Positions 57,741 through 64,000 of a stretch of 64,000 bases of DNA are shown here, piece after piece. Numbering within the stretch: position 1 is the first letter of the stretch; the number at the start of each line of letters is the position of its first letter. The notes beneath the pieces are model-generated. The model saw only the letters and a program-made list of their open reading frames with translations. It did no database searches and was not told the origin of the DNA. Both the position numbers and the translations under genes were made by a program. Source of the stretch: Pseudomonadota bacterium (lineage in GTDB: Bacteria > Pseudomonadota > Alphaproteobacteria > CACIAM-22H2); assembly GCA_041178225.1 (NCBI GenBank), contig JBEGVV010000024.1, forward strand, positions 7,676 to 71,675, in the 5' to 3' direction.

Positions 57741-59132
57741 TCAGCCCTTGGGCATCGCGAAGGGCGCCAGCGCCTCGTAGGCCCGCGCCGCGCGCAGCAC
57801 CAGCGCGTCGGCGTAGCGCGCGCCAACGACCTGAAGCCCGATCGGCAGGCCCGCGGAGGTGAAGCCGCAGGGCACGCTCGCGGCCGGGTGGCCGGTGAAG
57901 TTGAACGGGAAGTGGAACGGGGCCCAGTCGAGCCACTCCTTCATCCCGCTGCCCGGTGGCACCTCGTGGCCGACCTCGAAGGCCGGCACGGAGAGGCTGG
58001 GCGTCAGCAGGAGGTCATGGCTCTCCATGAACGCGTTCATCCTGCGCCCCAGCGCGTCGCGCGCGCCCCAGGCGCGCAGCAGCTCCATGCCCGTCGTGGT
58101 CCGGCCACGCGCGGAGAAGCGCACGTAGCCGGGATCCATCAGCGAGCGCTTCTCCGGCGCGACGGACTCCACGGTCAGCGCCATGTTGGTGACGTAGAAG
58201 AGCTCCATCGGCTCGCGGCAATCCTCGATGCCGGGATCCACCTCCTCGACGATCGCGCCGAGCTCGGCGAAGCGATGCGCCGCGGCGCGGACCGCGGCCG
58301 CGATCTCCGGGTCGACGTTGCGCACGTAGCCGAGCGTCGGGCTGTAGGCGACGCGCAGGCCGCGCACCCCGGCCTCGAGGCCGACGCGGTAGTCGCGGAC
58401 ATCGGGCGGCGGCGCGAGCCAGTCGCGCGCGTCGGGCCGCGCCATGACGGAGAGCATCAGCGCCGCGTCCTCGACCGTGCGCGTCAGCGGCCCGGTATGC
58501 GACTGCATCGGCAGGGCGCCATAGGGCCAGGCCGGGACGCGGGCATAGGTGGGCTTGAGGCCGAACACGCCGCAGAAGGTCGCGGGCATGCGCACCGAGC
58601 CGGCGCCGTCGGACCCGTGGTGCAGGAAGCCCATGTTGAGGGCGGCGCAGACGCCCGCGCCGCTGCTCGAGCCGCCGGCGGTCTTGCTGCGGTCCCAGGG
58701 ATTGCGCGTGAGGCCGGTCAGCGGCGAATCGCTCGTCCCCTTCCATCCGAATTCCGGCATCGTCGTCTTGCCGAGCAGGATCGCGCCCTCCTCGCGCAGC
58801 CGCGCGACCGCGGGCGCGTCGTCGGGGGCGACCTCGTCGGGCGAGGTGGTGCGCGAGCCGCGCCGCCAGCCCCAGCCCTTCACCGGCCACTGGTCCTTGA
58901 TGGTCGTCGGGATGCCGTCGACGAGGCCAGCCGGCCTCCCCTTCGCCCATCGCGCCTCGGACGCCCGCGCGGCCTCGAGCGCTTCCTCGGGCTTCAGCAC
59001 GCAGAAGGCGTTGTGCGCGGGATCGAGGGCGCCGATGCGGTCGTAGACCGACTTCGTCACCTCGACGGGCGAGAGCTTCCTCGCCCGGTACAGCCGCAGC
59101 AGCTCGGCGGCGGTCAGCGTCGCGATGTCCAT
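57741..59132 (-). CDS. Amidase (amidase-signature family)
   Basis: GGSSSGAG and the surrounding AS-family Ser-cisSer-Lys context (KDQW...TTMPEFGW..GGSSSGAGV). 463 aa. Confidence 0.8.
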   Translation of the reverse strand: MDIATLTAAELLRLYRARKLSPVEVTKSVYDRIGALDPAHNAFCVLKPEEALEAARASEARWAKGRPAGLVDGIPTTIKDQWPVKGWGWRRGSRTTSPDEVAPDDAPAVARLREEGAILLGKTTMPEFGWKGTSDSPLTGLTRNPWDRSKTAGGSSSGAGVCAALNMGFLHHGSDGAGSVRMPATFCGVFGLKPTYARVPAWPYGALPMQSHTGPLTRTVEDAALMLSVMARPDARDWLAPPPDVRDYRVGLEAGVRGLRVAYSPTLGYVRNVDPEIAAAVRAAAHRFAELGAIVEEVDPGIEDCREPMELFYVTNMALTVESVAPEKRSLMDPGYVRFSARGRTTTGMELLRAWGARDALGRRMNAFMESHDLLLTPSLSVPAFEVGHEVPPGSGMKEWLDWAPFHFPFNFTGHPAASVPCGFTSAGLPIGLQVVGARYADALVLRAARAYEALAPFAMPKG

Positions 59133-59195
59133 GGCATCCCCCTTCCCCTCAAGCGAAAGGGGCCGGCGCTTGCGCGCCGGCCCCCGTCTGCCGTC

Positions 59196-60773
59196 TCACC
59201 TCTTCTCGACGTTCCAGGCCACGAACAGAAGGGCCTCTGGCACGCCGACGAGGCTCTTGCGCCACGCCACCGGGGCCGTGAACTGCCCGGTGTTCACGTA
59301 GTGGAAGTGCTCGTAGAAGCGCTTCTGAAGGCCGTCGGTGGCCTTCATCTGCTCCTCCTTGCTGCCAGCGGCGACGAAGTCCGCGCGCAGCTTCTCGGTC
59401 TGCTCGTCGCACGGCCAGCCGAACCAGTTCTTCTTGTCGCAGGACGAGACGAGCGGCGCGTTGGTGATCGGGCTCGCCATCGGGATGCCCGTCCACCAGG
59501 TCGGGAAGATGTGCCAGCCGCGTGAGCCGGGCCCGGGCGCGTCCTGCACCGTGCGACGGCTGGTGAGCGTGCTCCAGTCGAGCGCCTCGAGCTTCGCCTT
59601 CACGCCGGCTTCCTTCAGCTTCTCGACGATCACCAGCGAGTTCTGGCCGATCAGCTGCTGGTCGGTCGGGTGGAGGACGATGATCTCCTCGCCCTTGTAG
59701 CCGGCCTCGGCGAAGAGCTGCTTCGCCTTCGCCACGTTCGCCTTCCTGTGGCCCTCCGAGTACTTCTGGTTCTCGAACGGCGCGTTGCACATGAAGATCG
59801 AGTAGCAGTTCTGCTGGAAGTCCTTGTTGCCGACCATCGCGGCGAGGAACTCCTCCTGGTCGACCAGCAGCGTCAGCGCCTCGCGCGCCTTCACGTTGTT
59901 GAAGGGCGGGTGCAGGTGGTTCGGGCGCAGGTGGCCCATCTTGCCCAGCTTGTCGAGGACCTTCACGACGATGTTCTGGTCCTTCTGCAGCAGCGGCAGC
60001 AGGTCGTAGGTCGGCTGCTCGAAGGCATCGACCTCGCCCTTCAGCAGGGCCTGCGTCGCGGTGTTCGGGTCGGGCAGGTAGACCCACTCGACCTTGTCGA
60101 CCTTGGCGACCTTGGCGCCGGCGAAGCCGTCGGAGGGCTCGCTGCGGGGCTTGTAGTCCTTGAACGGGCGGTAGACGACCTTGCTGCCCGCGACCCACTC
60201 GTTGGCCGCGAAGACGAACGGGCCGGAGCCGACCTGCTCCTTGACCTGCTCGAACGGGTCGGTCATCGCGTCCTTCTCGCGCATGATGAAGGGCGGCAGC
60301 GCCGGGTCGGCGAGCATGTCGATGACGGCGCCGAACTTCTCCTTGAGCACGAGCTCGAAGGACAGCTCGTCGGTCGCCACGATCGACGCGACGCGCGACA
60401 TCATCGGGCCGCCGCGGGTCGGCAGCTTGCCCCAGCGCACCAGCGAGGCGACCGCGTCCTTCGCGGTGACGGGCGTGCCGTCGTGCCACTTCATGCCGGC
60501 GCGCAGCTTGAAGTTCCACTTCATGCCGTCGGGGCTGCGCGACCAGGTGTCGACCATCTGCGGCCGGGCCACGAGCTTGCTGTCCAGCGCGAACAGCGTG
60601 TCGTAGATCATGTAGCCGTGGTTGACGGTGATCGCGGCCGTCGTCCAGATCGGATCGAGGTTCTTGAGGTCGGCCTGCGGCACGAGGCGCAGCACCTTCT
60701 CCTGCGCCTGCGCGGCGCCGGAAATGGCGAGCACCGCGGCACCTGCGGCGAGCCATGACTTCCACTGCTTCAT
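59196..60773 (-). CDS. ABC transporter substrate-binding protein, family 5
   Basis: MKQWKSWLAAGAAVLAISGAAQAQ signal peptide. About 525 aa. The 42-aa upstream extension is rejected. Divergent from the permease/ATPase genes. Confidence 0.8.
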   Translation of the reverse strand: MKQWKSWLAAGAAVLAISGAAQAQEKVLRLVPQADLKNLDPIWTTAAITVNHGYMIYDTLFALDSKLVARPQMVDTWSRSPDGMKWNFKLRAGMKWHDGTPVTAKDAVASLVRWGKLPTRGGPMMSRVASIVATDELSFELVLKEKFGAVIDMLADPALPPFIMREKDAMTDPFEQVKEQVGSGPFVFAANEWVAGSKVVYRPFKDYKPRSEPSDGFAGAKVAKVDKVEWVYLPDPNTATQALLKGEVDAFEQPTYDLLPLLQKDQNIVVKVLDKLGKMGHLRPNHLHPPFNNVKAREALTLLVDQEEFLAAMVGNKDFQQNCYSIFMCNAPFENQKYSEGHRKANVAKAKQLFAEAGYKGEEIIVLHPTDQQLIGQNSLVIVEKLKEAGVKAKLEALDWSTLTSRRTVQDAPGPGSRGWHIFPTWWTGIPMASPITNAPLVSSCDKKNWFGWPCDEQTEKLRADFVAAGSKEEQMKATDGLQKRFYEHFHYVNTGQFTAPVAWRKSLVGVPEALLFVAWNVEKR

Positions 60774-60838
60774 GTTTCCCTCCTTGTGAAACTCCCTGAG
60801 GGACGAATATTGCCCCGCTTGAAGCCCCGCGGCAAACC

Positions 60839-61864
60839 ATGCCTTACTTGGAACGCAGGGAGCCGGGGCCGGTCGCGCAAGCGCCGAGCGCGCCGGCATG
60901 CAGGGAGCGGGAGCAGTCCGGGGTGTTCGCCTACGTCATCAGACGAACGATAGCGACCGTGCCGGTCGTGGCGATCGTGGCGGTCTTCGTGTTCTCGCTG
61001 CTCTACGTCACGCCGGGCGACCCGGCCGCCGTCATCGCGGGCGACCTCGCCACGGCGGAGGACATCGCGCGGATCCGCGCGCGCCTCGGCCTCGACGAGC
61101 CCTTCCTCGTCCGCTTCGGGCAATGGGCCTGGGCGGCCATCGGCGGGGACCTCGGCGTCTCGATCTTCACCAACCAGCCCGTGACGCGGATGATCCAGCA
61201 GCGCATCGAGCCGACGCTGATGCTGAGCCTGTGCACCCTCGTCATCACCGTCGTGCTCGCCGTGCCGATGGGCGTCGTCGCCGCGTGGAAGGCCGGCACG
61301 TGGATCGACCGCGCGATCATGGCCTTCGCTGTGCTCGGCTTCTCCGTCCCGGTCTTCGTGCTCGCCTACCTGCTGATCCTCGGCTTCTCGATCGAGCTCG
61401 AGTGGCTTCCGGTGCAGGGCTACACCCCGCTCTCCGCCGGGATCGGCCCGTTCCTGCGCAGCATGACCCTGCCCGCGCTGGCGCTGGGCATCGTCTACAT
61501 GGCGCTGATCGCCCGCATCACGCGCGCCAGCATGCTCGAGGTGATGGCGCAGGACTACATCCGCACGGCCGAGGCCAAGGGCCTGTTCCAGAACGAGGTG
61601 CTGCTCGGCCACGCGCTCAAGAACGCCGCCGTCCCCATCGTCACGGTGATCGGCATCGGCATAGCGCTGCTGATCTCGGGCGTGGTCGTGACCGAGACGG
61701 TCTTCGCGATCCCCGGCCTGGGACGGCTCACGGTCGACGCGATCCTGCGCCGCGACTACCCCATCATCCAGGGCGTGGTGCTGCTCTTCTCGTTCACCTA
61801 CGTGGTCGTGAACCTGCTGATCGACCTCAGCTACACGCTTCTCGACCCCCGGATCCGGTACTGA
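60839..61864 (+). CDS. ABC transporter permease (DppB-like); start uncertain
   Basis: Conserved core (V)FAYVIRRTIATVPVVAIVAVFVFSLLYVTPGDPAAV. The ATG at 60839 gives a 28-aa non-hydrophobic leader. An alternative GTG at about 60923 gives a canonical DppB N-terminus. Confidence 0.7.
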   Translation: MPYLERREPGPVAQAPSAPACREREQSGVFAYVIRRTIATVPVVAIVAVFVFSLLYVTPGDPAAVIAGDLATAEDIARIRARLGLDEPFLVRFGQWAWAAIGGDLGVSIFTNQPVTRMIQQRIEPTLMLSLCTLVITVVLAVPMGVVAAWKAGTWIDRAIMAFAVLGFSVPVFVLAYLLILGFSIELEWLPVQGYTPLSAGIGPFLRSMTLPALALGIVYMALIARITRASMLEVMAQDYIRTAEAKGLFQNEVLLGHALKNAAVPIVTVIGIGIALLISGVVVTETVFAIPGLGRLTVDAILRRDYPIIQGVVLLFSFTYVVVNLLIDLSYTLLDPRIRY

Positions 61865-61865
61865 C

Positions 61866-62750
61866 ATGGCCTCGATCACGCGCACCGGGCCGATGAAGCT
61901 GCCCTCCGAGAGGAGCAAGCGGGGCCCGCTCGCCGTCCTGCGCCGGCACCCGACCGCCATCCTCGGCGGCGCGATCCTGCTCGCCATGGTCTGCGTCGCG
62001 GTCTTCGCGCCCTTCCTCGGCACGGTCGATCCCCAGAAGGTCTCGCCGATCTTCCGCCTGCGCCCGCCATCGGAGCGCTTCTGGTTCGGCACCGACCTGC
62101 TCGGCCGCGACATCTACAGCCGCGTGCTCTACGGCACGCGCGTCTCGCTGACGGTCGGCATCGGCGTCGCGATCCTCGCCACCGCGGTCGGCCTGCTGAT
62201 CGGCCTCGTCACGGGCTTCATCCGGCTCGCCGACAACATCCTGATGCGCTTCATGGACGGGCTGATGTCGGTGCCGCCGGTCCTGCTCGCCATCGCGCTG
62301 ATGGCGCTGACCCGCGCCAGCCTCGAGAACGTGATCCTCGCCATCGCGGTCGCCGAGATCCCGCGCGTCACGCGCCTCGTGCGCGGCCTCGTCCTGTCGC
62401 TGCGCGAGCAGCCGATGGTGGAGGCCGCGATCGCCGCGGGCTCGGGCCTGCCGAGCATCCTCTTCCGCCACATCCTGCCGAACACGATCGCGCCGCTGCT
62501 CGTGCAGGGCACCTACATCTGCGCCTCGGCGATGATCACCGAGGCGATCCTCAGCTTCATCGGCGCCGGCACGCCGCCCAACATCCCGTCCTGGGGCAAC
62601 ATCGTCGCGGACGGCCGCAGCGTCTTCCAGGTGAAGCCCTACATCATCGTCTTCCCGGGCATCTTCCTGTCGCTCACGGTGCTGGCCGTGAACCTCGTCG
62701 GCGACGGGCTGCGCGACGCCCTCGACCCGCGCCTCGCGCGCAGGATCTGA
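61866..62750 (+). CDS. ABC transporter permease (DppC-like)
   Basis: 294 aa and hydrophobic, with a typical DppC N-terminal region ([18 protein letters not shown]). Confidence 0.8.
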   Translation: MASITRTGPMKLPSERSKRGPLAVLRRHPTAILGGAILLAMVCVAVFAPFLGTVDPQKVSPIFRLRPPSERFWFGTDLLGRDIYSRVLYGTRVSLTVGIGVAILATAVGLLIGLVTGFIRLADNILMRFMDGLMSVPPVLLAIALMALTRASLENVILAIAVAEIPRVTRLVRGLVLSLREQPMVEAAIAAGSGLPSILFRHILPNTIAPLLVQGTYICASAMITEAILSFIGAGTPPNIPSWGNIVADGRSVFQVKPYIIVFPGIFLSLTVLAVNLVGDGLRDALDPRLARRI

Positions 62751-62754
62751 CGCG

Positions 62755-63752
<998 letters not shown>

Positions 63753-63756
<4 letters not shown>

Positions 63757-64000
63757 CCGCGCCCGCCCTGCTCGAGGTCGAGGGCCTCAAGAAGCACTTC
63801 CCGATCCGCACCGGCCTGCTCCAGCGCGTGACCGGCCAGGTCCACGCGGTCGACGGCGTCTCGTTCTCGCTCGCGGCCGGCGAGACGCTCGGCCTTGTCG
63901 GCGAGTCCGGCTGCGGGAAGTCGACGACCGGCAAGGCGATCATCAAGCTGATCGACCCGACCGACGGCGAGGTGCGGCTCGGCGGGCGCCGCATCGACGG
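63753..64000 (+). CDS. Oligopeptide-type ABC transporter ATP-binding protein (DppF-like), 3'-truncated by the window end
   Basis: [18 protein letters not shown]...[14 protein letters not shown]. The ATG overlaps the upstream stop. The ORF runs off the window. Confidence 0.8.

Noticed and set aside
56966-57826. ATG at 57826 as the start of the HyuE-like racemase gene
   Set aside because: It would overlap the upstream amidase gene by 86 nt and add a non-conserved Arg/Cys-rich leader. The GTG at about 57724 begins the conserved RLLVLNANTSEF N-terminus.

Overview
This 64-kb window is very GC-rich (about 70%) and looks like an alphaproteobacterial chromosome segment. The dense overlapping 'ORFs' on both strands are the usual high-GC artefact. 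About 55 genes are supportable, nearly all catabolic or transport genes. I see no rRNA, tRNA, CRISPR array, IS element, integrase or phage gene. The genes form a catabolic island for N-methylated amines and osmolytes. (1) A BMP-family nucleoside ABC transporter sits with a cytosine/creatinine deaminase (codA). (2) A minus-strand operon encodes a corrinoid (B12-binding) protein, a DUF1638 protein, a small conserved protein and a RACo-type reductive activase (2Fe-2S ferredoxin plus ASKHA ATPase), with no methyltransferase in the operon. (3) Three full-length, non-pyrrolysine MttB-superfamily quaternary-amine:corrinoid methyltransferase paralogs lie 10-22 kb from that operon. (4) Two paralogous dimethylglycine/sarcosine dehydrogenase-like flavoenzymes have a C-terminal GcvT/THF domain and the covalent-FAD His motif; one is translationally coupled to an MttB gene. 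(5) Accessory genes include a GFA (formaldehyde-activating) protein, a creatinase-fold M24 hydrolase, an IPNS-type 2OG-Fe(II) oxygenase, an acyl-CoA dehydrogenase, a cytoplasmic PhnD-like binding protein and a membrane desaturase-like di-iron protein. (6) Further catabolic and transport genes include ATP-dependent hydantoinase HyuA/HyuB with an IclR regulator, tandem Asp/Glu/hydantoin racemase-family genes with an amidase, an N,N-dimethylformamidase-large-subunit-like protein with an amidohydrolase-2 gene, and four DppA-type (family 5) ABC transporter systems. The most interesting feature is a tightly coupled six-gene operon at about 28.9-36.9 kb: DUF1289, DMGDH-like, MttB, 2OG oxygenase, MttB, acyl-CoA dehydrogenase. 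It looks like an uncharacterised pathway for complete demethylation and further processing of a quaternary ammonium compound. It would use the single remote corrinoid protein and activase encoded at 8.3-12.0 kb. Non-coding features include a 75-bp AT-rich double-palindrome island between convergent genes, a 13-bp perfect palindrome inside the BMP operon, and palindromic operator candidates in the IclR/SDR divergent promoter. All coordinates carry about ±1 nt uncertainty from manual counting; gene ends follow the supplied ORF track.
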